A DNA stretch of 64,000 bases from an uncultured Gammaproteobacteria bacterium (GTDB lineage: Bacteria > Pseudomonadota > Gammaproteobacteria > Pseudomonadales > Azotimanducaceae): positions 7,742-71,741 of the forward strand of contig CAWBBR010000010.1 of NCBI GenBank assembly GCA_963787045.1, read 5' to 3'. The position numbers and the translations under genes are program-made. Under the pieces are notes generated by a model, which was not told the origin of the DNA, did not search any database, and was given only the letters and a program-made list of their open reading frames with translations. Below, piece by piece: positions 10,260 to 20,360 of the stretch (its first letter is position 1; every line of letters begins with the position of its first letter).

Positions 10260-10911
10260 AGCTGGCAATCTCATCGAGTTGGCGCGCCGCGCGCGACAGG
10301 CTGTGTCCCGCCAGATCGTCCATCAGCCCCTGCACGATGCGCGATCCTCGCGGCGAGCGCCCGACGACTCGCGGCAACCACAGCGTCAGCGCGATGCCGA
10401 CGACGCCGATCCCGAGTGCAACGTAAATCCAGGCCGGAGCCGGCGCGTAGATGTCGACGTCGCGCAGCCATTTCGCCCCGATCATCGTGGCGACCACCCA
10501 CAGCATCCACCACGGCAGACCCAGCCAGAGTTGCTGGTTGATGCGAGTTCGACGCAGACACGCGAGATGGCGCTGCAATTCCACCACCGGCGCCGCGTAG
10601 TCGACCGTCGCGATCTGCAGCAATTGCCGCACGCTCAACACGATCGCCGCAACCGCATATGCGTGCATGACCAGACCGGCCACCAACAGGTGCGTCGTGT
10701 CGCGATACTGAATCCAGAACGGCGCGATCACCGTTCCAATCGTTACCGCCCAGAACAGCGCCTGGACGAATTGACCCCAACCGATCGCGCGCAACGTGGA
10801 ACGCGTCTTGTCGAGCCTGCGTTCGCGCAAGAGTTGCACGGTGAGCGAGTTGCCGGCATCGACGCGGCGTTCGAGTTCGTGCCATGCGGTCTTCAGGTCG
10901 TCGAGTTCCAT
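10246..10911 (-). CDS. membrane protein, probable partner of the adjacent ECF sigma factor
   Basis: ATG at 10911 lies 1 nt after the sigma stop. Start MELDDLKTAWHEL, followed by 4-5 hydrophobic helices. Confidence 0.6.
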   Translation of the reverse strand: MELDDLKTAWHELERRVDAGNSLTVQLLRERRLDKTRSTLRAIGWGQFVQALFWAVTIGTVIAPFWIQYRDTTHLLVAGLVMHAYAVAAIVLSVRQLLQIATVDYAAPVVELQRHLACLRRTRINQQLWLGLPWWMLWVVATMIGAKWLRDVDIYAPAPAWIYVALGIGVVGIALTLWLPRVVGRSPRGSRIVQGLMDDLAGHSLSRAARQLDEIASFSRE

Positions 10912-10912
10912 G

Positions 10913-11443
10913 TCAGTTCTCCTTACCTTGATCGGCAGTTCCGGCGTCTGTGAGACCGTCGCGGATGCGCTGTTTGAGTCGATTGAGTTTCGTAGCCACG
11001 TTCGTTTCGGTGATGCCGAGTACATCGGCGATTTCGCGATAGCTGTGCTCGTCGAGGTACAGCAGCATCAGCGCGCGATTGAGGTCGTCGAGGCTGCCGA
11101 TGAACCGCCGCAGCAGTGCAACGCGTTCGTCGGCATCGTCGCCCGTGCTGGCGGGGAGTTCCTGCAGCCAATCGTCGTCGACGGTCTGCGTGTGGCGCAC
11201 GTAGTCGCCGGTACGGCGCAGGAACGAGATCGCGACGTTCAGCGCGATGCGGTACATCCACGTGGAGAATCGCCGGTTCGCGTCGTATTTCGGAAACGCT
11301 CGCCACAGCTGAGTGCAGATTTCCTGCGCGAGATCGCGACGGTCTTCGGCGTTGGCGCAATACGTCGCCGCCACCTTGTAGACGATCTTCCGGTGTTCGT
11401 TCAGTAGAAACAGGAAATGCGTCTGCGAATCGCCCTGTGTCAT
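10913..11443 (-). CDS. RNA polymerase ECF-type sigma-70 factor
   Basis: ATG at 11443 (MTQGDSQ..). Region 2 (DLAQEI..W..F..FSTWMYRIALN) and region 4 (SYREIADVLGITETNVATKLNRLKQR). Confidence 0.85.
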   Translation of the reverse strand: MTQGDSQTHFLFLLNEHRKIVYKVAATYCANAEDRRDLAQEICTQLWRAFPKYDANRRFSTWMYRIALNVAISFLRRTGDYVRHTQTVDDDWLQELPASTGDDADERVALLRRFIGSLDDLNRALMLLYLDEHSYREIADVLGITETNVATKLNRLKQRIRDGLTDAGTADQGKEN

Positions 11444-11617
11444 GACCTGGTGCGCCGCCACCGCTGTCGCTCCGTGCCTATCGTTGCTCACATGATTCGC
11501 GGCGGTAACGGAGAAAATCACAGCGGCTCGGTCTTTTTCCGCTCCACCGATCCTGTCGCGTGTACCTGCGCTGTCGGACCACGTACGCTGGCGGCCGGCA
11601 TCGAACCGGAGACAGCG

Positions 11618-12187
11618 GTGACCGAGGCATCGCAGATTGTAGCCGTCGCGCACGTGATCCAATTGGCCGTCGCGCCGGTTTTCCTTCTGTCGGGCATCGG
11701 CGCAATGCTGGTGGTGATGACGAACCGTCTAGCGCGAGTGGTCGACCGGGCACGCGCGCTCGAGGCAACGTTGTCGATCGACAAACCTACGCCCGCGCCG
11801 ATTCACGCTGAACTGACTACGCTCGCGCGCCGCGCCAAACTCGTCAGCGGATCGATCACGCTGTGCACGGTAACGGCCCTGCTCGTCTGCGCCGTGATCG
11901 CAACGCTGTTTCTCGGCGACTTCGTGCGGTTCGACGTCTCGTTCGTGGTGGCGCTGCTGTTTCTCGCCTCGATGGCGACGTTCTTCGTGGCGCTGGTGCT
12001 GTTCCTGCGAGAAATCCTGATCGCAACCAAGGCAATGCGGATCGGGTCCTCAATAGTCAGCCGACGCGAATTCCATGCGCGGCGAGATGTCCGCTCAGCG
12101 CGTCGGCGCCGGCATTCGCCGGGAAGTGAACGCTCGGAATGCCTACCTGCCGCGCAGAGACGACGTTCGGTTCGACATCGTCGATGA
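11618..12187 (+). CDS. DUF2721-like membrane protein (start and true C-terminus uncertain)
   Basis: ORF 11417..12187. The core QLAVAPVFLLSGIGAMLVVMTNRLARVVDRARAL plus two more helices resembles DUF2721. GTG at 11618 is a plausible start. The Arg-rich tail overlaps the convergent HAD gene by 131 nt. Confidence 0.5.
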   Translation: MTEASQIVAVAHVIQLAVAPVFLLSGIGAMLVVMTNRLARVVDRARALEATLSIDKPTPAPIHAELTTLARRAKLVSGSITLCTVTALLVCAVIATLFLGDFVRFDVSFVVALLFLASMATFFVALVLFLREILIATKAMRIGSSIVSRREFHARRDVRSARRRRHSPGSERSECLPAAQRRRSVRHRR

Positions 12188-12671
12188 ACAGCGCCTGCTC
12201 CGGCGCAAGCTGCAGGTCGGCGAGGATGTACTCGAAGTACGCGGCATCGGGTTTCGCGTGGCCGATGCGACAGGAATAGAACTCGCGGTCGAACAGGCTG
12301 CGATATCCGAGTTCACCCGACATGTAGTGCGCGCGGTGCGCCTGCTGATTGCTCGCGAGGCAACACGTCACGCCCGAACGACGCAGTGCGGAGATGACCT
12401 CGACCACGCCTTTGTCGACTTCGATGTTGGTCCAGATCGTCAGCGCCTGTTCCACGGTAGTGCGACTGCGCCAGCGCCGCAGCACCTCGCCGAGTTGCGT
12501 CGGAAAATCCACGGCACCCGTCAGACACGGTCGTTCCGACGCGAAGATCTCCGCCACGAAAGCATCCAGATGCGTCGCATCGTCGAGCATCTCCGCGAAC
12601 CGCGCGCGCCAATCTCCGGCGGTGCGCTGAATCACACCGTCCGCGTCGAACAGAATTACGCCGATCGTCAT
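12057..12671 (-). CDS. HAD-superfamily hydrolase
   Basis: ATG at 12671 gives MTIGVILFDADGV (DxDG motif I), SNQ (motif II) and FIDD (motif IV). Confidence 0.8.
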   Translation of the reverse strand: MTIGVILFDADGVIQRTAGDWRARFAEMLDDATHLDAFVAEIFASERPCLTGAVDFPTQLGEVLRRWRSRTTVEQALTIWTNIEVDKGVVEVISALRRSGVTCCLASNQQAHRAHYMSGELGYRSLFDREFYSCRIGHAKPDAAYFEYILADLQLAPEQALFIDDVEPNVVSARQVGIPSVHFPANAGADALSGHLAAHGIRVG

Positions 12672-12705
12672 CGGGCCATCGCGCGCGACGGTGCTGCGGT
12701 GATCG

Positions 12706-14112
12706 TCAGGCCGCTTTCCAGTTGCCGTGAAAACCGAACGGCACTCGATGGTCGAGATAGGCCGTCGCCAGCGGACCCGACGCCACGTTTTGCGCGTCGA
12801 GCACAACGAGGTGACTCGCCTTGCGCGCATCGCTGTAGACGTTGGCCAGCAGATAACCGTCCCCCTCTGCAGCGTCGTCTGCGCGAGGCACGAAGATCGG
12901 CTCGTTCGTCGCGCACCCGGCCCCGACATCGTAGACGTCCACCTTGCCGGTGCGGTGATCGATGCGGCCGATGCCGTTGAAGCCACCCACCTTGAACTGC
13001 GGATTCATGTCGCACGCGAAGTACCCGTATCGGTAGCTCAGCCCGGTACGACGTTCGTCGAGCCGCGGAAACTCGCACGCCATGTCGTTCAACCGTTCCA
13101 CTTTGTAGTCGTCCGTGTTGCGCGCCAGATCGAACGTCCAGCGCGTCAACCGCGGCACCGCTTTCGACGCATCGCCGGGCGTGCCGTCGGGGCGCGGGAA
13201 CAGCGGGGCTTCCTCGAATTCGCACACGTCGCAGACGACGGTGTCGCCTTCGGTATGGGCGTTCATCGGATGGAAGACGTACGCCGGATCGCCTTTGAAC
13301 CAGCGCAGATCCTTCACGGACCCGTTGCGCGGCATGATGCCGATCTGCGTACCGAGTTCAGGCTCCCACGCATACACCGGTGCGCCCTGCATCGCGCGCT
13401 CCATCGACCCCGTTAGCGGCATGATCGGAAAGATCACGTGATCGCGGGTCACCATGAAGTCGTGCACCATCGCCGCGTATGGCGCGGTAAACGTCTCGGA
13501 GCGGGTCAACTTGCCGTTGCGGTCGACGACGTGGAACGACATGTCGGGCGAGATGCCGCCCGCGGCGTTGTAGCCGAAGAAGATCATCTCGCCGGTTTCG
13601 GGATCCATCTTCGGATGCGCGGTCATCGGTCCGACGAGCTTGCCGTCGAACGTCCACGCGCCGATCGATTCGAGCGTGTTCGGATCCATCTCGAACGGTG
13701 CGTGGCCTTCTTCGAGCGCCAGTAATTTGCCGCCGTGCCACACGATGTTCGTGTTCGCGATGCCGTCGGTGGGCATGAATCGCACGCGCTCGTCGGAATC
13801 CATCGGGTTGAACGACGCGAACAGCGCTTCGCCGGCCTCGTGCTCGAGCTTCCATTTGATCGTTCGCGCCCATCGGTTGCGATACGACACACGACCCTCG
13901 TGCAGCGTGAACGCGTGCAACATTCCGTCGCCGCCGAACCAGTGATGGTGGCCGCGCGGTGCGAACTGCGGATTCGGCCCGTTGCGATAGAAGGTGCCGT
14001 TCAGGTCACGTGGTAATTCGCCCTCGACGATGAGGTCCGGCGCGTCGCACTCCATCTGAATTGGCGCGAAACCGCCGATCAGGTTCGGGTGATTCGGAAA
14101 CGGTTTGGCCAT
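12706..14112 (-). CDS. carotenoid oxygenase family protein (carotenoid/stilbene cleavage dioxygenase type)
   Basis: 468-aa ORF with FYRNGPNP, HWFDGDGM-like HWFGGDGMLH, NTNIVWHGGKLLALEE and MVHDF motifs (the four-His iron family). Confidence 0.9.
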   Translation of the reverse strand: MAKPFPNHPNLIGGFAPIQMECDAPDLIVEGELPRDLNGTFYRNGPNPQFAPRGHHHWFGGDGMLHAFTLHEGRVSYRNRWARTIKWKLEHEAGEALFASFNPMDSDERVRFMPTDGIANTNIVWHGGKLLALEEGHAPFEMDPNTLESIGAWTFDGKLVGPMTAHPKMDPETGEMIFFGYNAAGGISPDMSFHVVDRNGKLTRSETFTAPYAAMVHDFMVTRDHVIFPIMPLTGSMERAMQGAPVYAWEPELGTQIGIMPRNGSVKDLRWFKGDPAYVFHPMNAHTEGDTVVCDVCEFEEAPLFPRPDGTPGDASKAVPRLTRWTFDLARNTDDYKVERLNDMACEFPRLDERRTGLSYRYGYFACDMNPQFKVGGFNGIGRIDHRTGKVDVYDVGAGCATNEPIFVPRADDAAEGDGYLLANVYSDARKASHLVVLDAQNVASGPLATAYLDHRVPFGFHGNWKAA

Positions 14113-14472
14113 GTCGGAACTCCGGTCGCGGGGCCGGAATCAAAGCATGTTTGATGCGGTTAAAACAGCGAGGGACTTCGGTTGGGGCCCGCTTGGACCC
14201 GCTGCTCTGGGGAGAGAAACAGCGGGTCCTTGCGGATAACCGTGAGATCTCTGGGGAGGGAGATGGCTCATGGTCAGTCGGATCAGCGATGGGGTGGCGC
14301 GTATCCGACGTGGGAGCAGTCTCTCAAACAGATGTTTCGACCTGATTTCCGCATCGGTATCGCACTGCAACAATGTGTAACTCGGTGTGCCTGAATCGTT
14401 CAGCGCGCGATGGGGTTTCCGCTGGGTTCGACCAGCCCTTACACTCTCGCCTCCATTCGACGGACGAGCATC

Positions 14473-15702
14473 GTGGATTTCAACGACACCCCGGCTGAAG
14501 CGGCCTTCCGAAAAGAAGTGCGCGGTTTCCTCGACGCCCACGCACCGAAGCGAACCGACCCCACCGAGTCGGCATTTCCCGAAGGGCGCGAAGACGGCGA
14601 CGCCGTCAAAGTTGCCAAAGCATGGCAAGCGACGTTGTTCGACGCCGGCTGGGCATGCCTCAGCTGGCCGAAGGAATTCGGCGGCCGCGGCGCGGCGCCG
14701 ATCGAGCGGGTGATCTGGAGCCAGGAAGTCAGCCGCTACGTGACCCCCGACGGCTTCTTCGTGATCGGCCAGGGTATGTGCGGGCCGACGCTGATGGCCT
14801 ACGCCACCGACGAACAGAAGCGCCATTACCTGCCCGCGCTGGCCCGCGGCGACGACATCTGGTGTCAGCTGTTCAGCGAGCCGGTCGCCGGTTCGGACCT
14901 GGCCGGCATCAAGACGCGCGCGGATCGCGACGGCGACGACTGGGTGTTGAACGGCCAGAAGATCTGGACCAGCGGCGCGCACTATTCCGACTTCGGCATC
15001 ATCGTCACCCGAACCGATCCGAACGTGCCGAAACACAAAGGGCTGACCATGTTCTTCATCGACATGAAGAGCCCCGGCATCGAGATCCGTCCGATCAAGC
15101 AGATCAACGGCGATCGCGCTTTCAACGAAGTGTTCTTCACCAACGTGCGCGTTCCCGACAGTCAGCGGCTCGGCGCCGTCGGTAGTGGCTGGCAGGTATC
15201 GCTCGTGACGCTGATGAACGAGCGGCTCGCCGTCGGCGGCAGCCTTGCAACCAGCGTCGACCCGATGCTCGAACTCGCCGCCGCGATGAAGATCGACGGC
15301 AAACCGGCGCTCCAGAACGAAGCAGTGCGCGAGAAAATCGCCTCGTGGTACGCGCAACTGGCTGGGCTGAAATACACCGGCTTCAGAATGGTGTCGGCAT
15401 TGTCGCGCGGCGCCACACCGGGTCCCGAAGCTTCGATCAGCAAAGTAGTGGTCGCGCGGATGAATCAGGACATGGCGAACTTCGCGCTCGACTTGCAAAG
15501 CCACGGCGGCGTGCTCGACTCGCCGAAACTGAGCGCGATGCACAATCAGTTCCAGCGCCAGTTCATGCGTTCGCCGGCCAACCGCATCGAGGGCGGCTCC
15601 GACGAGATTCTCCGCAACATCATTGCGGAGCGGGTGCTCGGACTTCCGGCGGACATCCGCGTCGACAAAGACCTGCCGTTTCGCGACGTTCCGAAGAACT
15701 GA
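14473..15702 (+). CDS. acyl-CoA dehydrogenase
   Basis: ORF 14410..15702. GTG at 14473 gives the VDFNDTPAEAAFRKEV typical N-terminus. GQKIWTSGA, and C-terminal IEGGSDEILRNIIAERVLGLP. Confidence 0.85.
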   Translation: MDFNDTPAEAAFRKEVRGFLDAHAPKRTDPTESAFPEGREDGDAVKVAKAWQATLFDAGWACLSWPKEFGGRGAAPIERVIWSQEVSRYVTPDGFFVIGQGMCGPTLMAYATDEQKRHYLPALARGDDIWCQLFSEPVAGSDLAGIKTRADRDGDDWVLNGQKIWTSGAHYSDFGIIVTRTDPNVPKHKGLTMFFIDMKSPGIEIRPIKQINGDRAFNEVFFTNVRVPDSQRLGAVGSGWQVSLVTLMNERLAVGGSLATSVDPMLELAAAMKIDGKPALQNEAVREKIASWYAQLAGLKYTGFRMVSALSRGATPGPEASISKVVVARMNQDMANFALDLQSHGGVLDSPKLSAMHNQFQRQFMRSPANRIEGGSDEILRNIIAERVLGLPADIRVDKDLPFRDVPKN

Positions 15703-15828
15703 CCGGGTCTGAAAACCGTGCGCAGCGCACAGTTCGCTGCGCCGATCGTTCTCCTTTGTGTGAAGAGATGGGCAGAACGCGCGCCGCAACACCGTCACCG
15801 TGACAGCACTGCCTCGGGGGACGCTGTC

Positions 15829-16203
15829 ATGGCTACGGTCATCGGTTCACGTGTGCTGTTCCTAATCGCGGTCGCGGCCCTGGCCGGTTGCACCACATCG
15901 CCTCACGTTGGCGAAGACCGCCAACTGTTCGTCGTCGAAAACCAGGTCTCCCAACTCGAACATGCGATCGGCAAGCGATCGGCGCGCATGCAAGGGCTGC
16001 ATCAGGAGATGCTGCAGGTCGTCGACGCGTTGACGGCGCCCGACACCGACACGACGAACCGGCTGTTTCTGATGGAGCGGACCCGGTCGATCGTTGAAGA
16101 ACAGGCGCGATTGCAGGCCGACATCGAACGTTTGAACGCTGAGATGGCGGTCAAACGCGCCGAGCTGGAAACGTTGCGGCATCCGCTGACCGCCAGTTCC
16201 TGA
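15829..16203 (+). CDS. coiled-coil lipoprotein, unknown function
   Basis: ATG at 15829 gives a signal with lipobox (LFLIAVAALAGC), then heptad-like Q/E/L-rich sequence. Confidence 0.6.
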   Translation: MATVIGSRVLFLIAVAALAGCTTSPHVGEDRQLFVVENQVSQLEHAIGKRSARMQGLHQEMLQVVDALTAPDTDTTNRLFLMERTRSIVEEQARLQADIERLNAEMAVKRAELETLRHPLTASS

Positions 16204-16261
16204 CCCGAGCGGTTCGCGACCTGAAGCCAGCGCCGAGGGGTCTCCGGCGTCACGCCAAACC

Positions 16262-16630
16262 TTACATGCAGAAGGCGACCAGCTTGTTGCCGTCGGGATC
16301 CCTGAAATAGCCGCCGTGGAACCCACCGTCGCCGCGCGGCCCCGGCGCGCCTTCGTCTTTCGCCCCGAGTTGCATTGCCTTCGCGTGGACTTTCTTGACC
16401 GCCTCCGGCGAACCGACATTGAGCGCGATCATCGTGCCGTTACCGACGCTCGCCTTCTTGTCGTCGAATGGCTTGCATACCGCGAGCATCGGCTGATCGG
16501 GCTGGGTGCCCCAGCCCACCATGCGGTCGCTGTCCATGAAGCGGCGCGCGCCGACTTCGGCGAGCAACGCGTCATAGAACGCAGCGCTGCGCTTCAGATC
16601 GTTCGTCCCCAGTGTCACGTAACCAATCAT
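16262..16630 (-). CDS. VOC (glyoxalase/bleomycin-resistance fold) family protein
   Basis: 122-aa ORF MIGYVTLGTNDL..FYDALL..GYFRDPDGNKL. Confidence 0.85.
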   Translation of the reverse strand: MIGYVTLGTNDLKRSAAFYDALLAEVGARRFMDSDRMVGWGTQPDQPMLAVCKPFDDKKASVGNGTMIALNVGSPEAVKKVHAKAMQLGAKDEGAPGPRGDGGFHGGYFRDPDGNKLVAFCM

Positions 16631-16679
16631 GATGAGTCTCCCTTTCGTGGCTTCGTCGCGTTTCGGATTGTAGTGCAGA

Positions 16680-17231
16680 TCAACGCCGATCCAACGCGTT
16701 CAGCACCGCGTCGGCCCATTCCGCGCTCGGCGCGTCGTATTCGATGCGCATCAGCTTGCACGGCAACGACTTCATCCAGAACGCGTGCAGCATGTGGCTG
16801 CGCTGTTCGAGTCCGGCGGTGTCGTAACGCCGCGCCCATTCGATGAACGTCTGGCTCTGATCGCGCATGTCGCCGCCGACTTCTATACGCGCACCATAGC
16901 GTTCTCGTTCGCGTTCGAGAATCCGCTGCATGCGCAGGTCCGGATCGATTCGCAGGTACACGGCCAGCGAAAACTCGTTCACGAGTGCATCGCCCCAACC
17001 GACCATCGAACCCGACAACACCCACTCGTCCGCACCGTTGACGTCGCGCAACAGCAACGCTGTACGCTCGTCGCGAGGCCGCACCACGGTGAACGGCGGT
17101 TCCGTCGGCTCCCAGAAATAGTCGTCGCTGTCGAAAAAACGTACGCCTAGACGCTCGGCAAGCGTGCGCCCCAGTGTCGTCGTGCCTGAACCCGACGCAC
17201 CGAAGATATGGATCCTAACGGGTAACGCCAT
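16680..17231 (-). CDS. P-loop NTPase/kinase (adenylate-kinase-like AAA family)
   Basis: 183-aa ORF with Walker A IFGASGSGTTTLGR. Confidence 0.75.
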   Translation of the reverse strand: MALPVRIHIFGASGSGTTTLGRTLAERLGVRFFDSDDYFWEPTEPPFTVVRPRDERTALLLRDVNGADEWVLSGSMVGWGDALVNEFSLAVYLRIDPDLRMQRILERERERYGARIEVGGDMRDQSQTFIEWARRYDTAGLEQRSHMLHAFWMKSLPCKLMRIEYDAPSAEWADAVLNALDRR

Positions 17232-17241
17232 GGTTGGTTCG

Positions 17242-17995
17242 TTAGATCTTCAAAATGCCCCGACGCGGAGTCGCGGTGCCGTACGTGTCCGCCATGATCG
17301 GCGCACCGGCAGCCCGTAGCGCGTCGCGATGCCGGTCGATCGGAGTACGACACGACAGATCTTCGAATGCGCGCAGCGCCATGAACGCCGGTAGGTCCAA
17401 CACGCGCGTCACGATACGCGGCCAGCTTCGGCCACCGTTGCGGATCGATCGCGTACTTCGCGAACATCGCGTTTCGGAAGAAGACCGCGATCGAAATGTC
17501 TGCGATCGACAGCGCACCGAAAAGGAATGTTTCCGCAGGCGCCATCGGCTCGAGATAGTCGAGAATGCTGGGGATCTCTTCGTCGATCGCACGATCGACG
17601 ATTGCCTGATCGGTCTGCTCGCCCCACACGAACCGGTTGATGACACGTTGATTGAACAGCCGCCAGATGAAGACTTCACCCATCCGCGTATCGGCGAACT
17701 CCTCCAACCAGCGCGCTCGGGCGCGGTCCGCAACATCCGCGGGATATAGCGCCGGCTCTGGATAGCGATCGTCGAGGTATTGGCATATCACAGACGAATC
17801 GGCCAACGTCACGCGATCGTCGATCAGCACCGGAATGCGTCTGACAGGACTGAGGCGCGAAAACCGATCGTCGCCCATGAACGGAATGATCGGGTCGATC
17901 TGATAAGGAATTTGCTTCAGATTCAAAACCACGAGCGCCTTGCGGACATACGGCGATATGAACGAGCCGATGATTTGAACGGGCTTCGCTGCCAT
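17242..17995 (-). pseudogene. glutathione S-transferase, apparent 1-nt insertion near 17413
   Basis: From ATG 17995, MAAKPVQIIGSFISPYVRK...QRWPKLAAY reads in the frame of ORF 17147..18067. The normal GST C-terminus VTRVLDLPAFMALRAFEDL...RRGILKI* is in the frame of ORF 17242..17736. Junction: gcg tat (c) gtg acg. Confidence 0.8.
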
Positions 17996-18117
17996 CACTT
18001 TTCCCCTTCGAGCGCGCGTGGCCGCGAAGCCTATCACGCACCGCATCGATCGAGAGCGCACTGGCAAACTCTGCGTCGTTGCCGCAGGCTACCGCGGTCT
18101 CGGTAGCGGATCGATGG

Positions 18118-18531
18118 ATGAAACTCGCAGTCAGATTGATCGGCGCATTGGTGGCGGTCGTGGTCGTTCTGTTCGTCGTTCAGATTCTCGCGTCGGAGAG
18201 CGGCGAGGTCGTCGTCATCACCACTACCGACGCCACCGGGGCGCAACACGAAACGCATGTGTGGATCGTCGACAACGACGGCCACGCGTGGCTGCGATCC
18301 GGCTCTCCGAAATCGGCGTGGTATGCGCGTTTGAAGGAAACGCCAACGCTCGAGCTCGAGCGCGCCGGCACGCGGTCCGAATACACCGTGACCGCGGTGC
18401 CGGCCAAGCGCGCGGAACTGAATGCGCTGATGCGTGAGAAGTACGGCTGGGCGGACGCCTACATCGGCTTCTTCATCTCCCGCGCCGAAGCAGTGCCGAT
18501 CCGGCTCGATCCGCGTCCGTCCGAGGCTTAG
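18118..18531 (+). CDS. membrane-anchored hypothetical protein (possibly split-barrel/DDN-like)
   Basis: ATG at 18118 (MKLAVRLIGALVAVVVVLFVV), then a soluble domain. The fold assignment is only a weak impression. Confidence 0.5.
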   Translation: MKLAVRLIGALVAVVVVLFVVQILASESGEVVVITTTDATGAQHETHVWIVDNDGHAWLRSGSPKSAWYARLKETPTLELERAGTRSEYTVTAVPAKRAELNALMREKYGWADAYIGFFISRAEAVPIRLDPRPSEA

Positions 18532-19157
18532 TCGCCGTTGCCGATCCGTTCGAGGATCCATGCGTCGACCTGCTGCGCGGTGCGCTCGGGCGCGACGCTG
18601 GACGTGTCGAGAATGTCGATCTGCGGCGATCCTGTGTAGCTCTTGAACCACGCGTTGAATCGCAACTGTGCGGTTACGAACGCTGCCTGCCCTGAACCAC
18701 GCCATTCCGGACGCGCGTGCAACCGCTCGCGAAGATCTTCGTCGGTGCACGTCAGCGCGAGGTAATGCACCGCAGAGAAGTACCTGCGCTCTATGCACGG
18801 TTCGATGTTGCCCGGCACGCCGAAGCCGGCACCGAAAAGCACCACCGGACGCCGCGACTGCGCGATGTTCTTGGCCATCCGCAACCAGGTCTCGAAGAAA
18901 TGCGCGTGGTTCGACGGATCGACGAATTCGCGTCGCCACAGGATGTCGACATCTAACAACACCGCTCGGGTGACGACGCCGGTCAACAGGCCGCACACGC
19001 GCGTCTTGCCGGCACCGCTCGCGCCCGACACGATCAACAGCGGCGAGCACACGAAACGATGCGCGTGTCCGCAGTCGGGGCAGATTGCAGCGGGGCCGGA
19101 AAGCTCGATGCGCTTGTCGGCCCGATACGATCCGCAGTGCTCGCATACGTTGATCAC
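18528..19157 (-). CDS. zinc-ribbon-fused P-loop NTPase/kinase
   Basis: CEHCG...CPDCG ribbon at the N-terminus, then Walker A VSGASGAGKT. 209 aa. Confidence 0.65.
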   Translation of the reverse strand: MINVCEHCGSYRADKRIELSGPAAICPDCGHAHRFVCSPLLIVSGASGAGKTRVCGLLTGVVTRAVLLDVDILWRREFVDPSNHAHFFETWLRMAKNIAQSRRPVVLFGAGFGVPGNIEPCIERRYFSAVHYLALTCTDEDLRERLHARPEWRGSGQAAFVTAQLRFNAWFKSYTGSPQIDILDTSSVAPERTAQQVDAWILERIGNGD

Positions 19158-19744
19158 GGGTTCACGCCGCCCACGAACGCAACGAGTTCATCGACGATCG
19201 CGTGCGGGTCCTTCCGATCGGTGTCGATACGGTGCGCGAACGCATCGCTTGCCGAATGATCGCGACATGCGGCGGACGCGCGCGGGTACACCCACTCACC
19301 TTCACTGCTCGTTGGCGACACGCCGCGCGTCGCCAAGCGTGCGTGGACGGTAGTCTCAGGCGCCACCAGGCAGACATGGACGACGCGACATCCGCTCGCC
19401 GTCAGCGCGCTGCGAAGAACATCGAGCAGTCCGAGATCGAGCGACATCGGCACGATCAGCGGACGAGCCACGACCGCGCAAACGCGTATTGCGTGCACGG
19501 TCAGCGCGCGCCAAAGGCGCGACTCCCGATAGTCGTCGAGCATCGCGGTCGATCCCGGGAACCAGCGCGGCAATCGGCGCAGCACGTAGCCGATCCGCTC
19601 CGGGTCGTACAAACGGCTGCCTTTCACACGGTTTCGGAAGATGCGGGCCACCGACGACTTGCCGACGCCGAACGCTCCGTTGATCAGAACGACGCAGCGA
19701 CCGCTCGCTGCGCCGCCGTACGATTGACGCGACGCGCTAGACAT
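19154..19744 (-). CDS. P-loop NTPase/kinase (small-molecule kinase-like)
   Basis: Walker A INGAFGVGKSS. 4-nt overlap with the downstream P-loop gene. Confidence 0.65.
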   Translation of the reverse strand: MSSASRQSYGGAASGRCVVLINGAFGVGKSSVARIFRNRVKGSRLYDPERIGYVLRRLPRWFPGSTAMLDDYRESRLWRALTVHAIRVCAVVARPLIVPMSLDLGLLDVLRSALTASGCRVVHVCLVAPETTVHARLATRGVSPTSSEGEWVYPRASAACRDHSASDAFAHRIDTDRKDPHAIVDELVAFVGGVNP

Positions 19745-19930
19745 CTATCACCACGACCTGCCCGTTCCGCTTCCGAAATGCGGTTGCGAGCCGAATTTGC
19801 GACCGAACGCGACGTCGGTGGCGTTGAAGTCCAAATGGCCGCACACCAGTGTTCATGCGGCCTGCCGCCCGATTCGACCGCCATTGTTGCGATCTACTCG
19901 AGAAATTTTGCTGCGATGCAAAAAAAGTGA

Positions 19931-19959
19931 TTGACGAGGTCAATTCGAGCCGGTATCGT
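19931..19959 (+). promoter_or_regulatory. candidate sigma70 promoter of the phasin gene
   Basis: TTGACG (19931-36), a 17-nt spacer, then TATCGT (19954-59), about 45 nt upstream of the phasin ATG. AGGAG RBS at 19991-95. Confidence 0.4.
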
Positions 19960-20001
19960 CGCGTTCGTTTATTGCAGTGCACCAAAGCACAGGAGCCCCA
20001 A

Positions 20002-20319
20002 ATGAGTGTTATCGAGCGCAGCCAGTCCTTCGTCAAAGAGATGAACGAACTGAACGTCAAAGCCGTTACCAAGTACTTCGAGATCCAGCGCGAAGCCATC
20101 GAAGAATTCGTCGGCGCGAACCGTGCCCGCTTCACCGCTCTGCGCGAAGTGAAAGGTCTCGAAGACGTGATCAGCGCACAGCGCGAATACTACGCCGCCG
20201 TTCAGAAGAACGTGGCCGACAGCGTGAAGAAGCAAGCCGAGCTCGTCCGCGAGAACTTCACGACGTCCGGCAAGCTGGTACGCGAACTGTTCAATCGCGA
20301 CACGGTCAGCCAGGCCTAA
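20002..20319 (+). CDS. phasin family protein
   Basis: 105 aa, MSVIERSQSFVKEMNELNVKAVTKYFEIQREAIEEF.., amphipathic helical, with a strong RBS. Lies within ORF 19849..20319. Confidence 0.85.
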   Translation: MSVIERSQSFVKEMNELNVKAVTKYFEIQREAIEEFVGANRARFTALREVKGLEDVISAQREYYAAVQKNVADSVKKQAELVRENFTTSGKLVRELFNRDTVSQA

Positions 20320-20360
20320 TCGGCCCGTCTGATCCGACTCGACCCCGGTCGGGTTGTCAC

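Noticed and set aside
12057-12187. 131-nt convergent overlap between the DUF2721-like ORF and the HAD hydrolase, considered as possible functional antisense overlap
   Set aside because: The overlapping DUF2721 tail is Arg-rich nonsense-like sequence (..RREFHARRDVRSARRRRHSPG..). A lost stop or indel, or simple ORF over-extension, is more likely. I cannot locate the true end.
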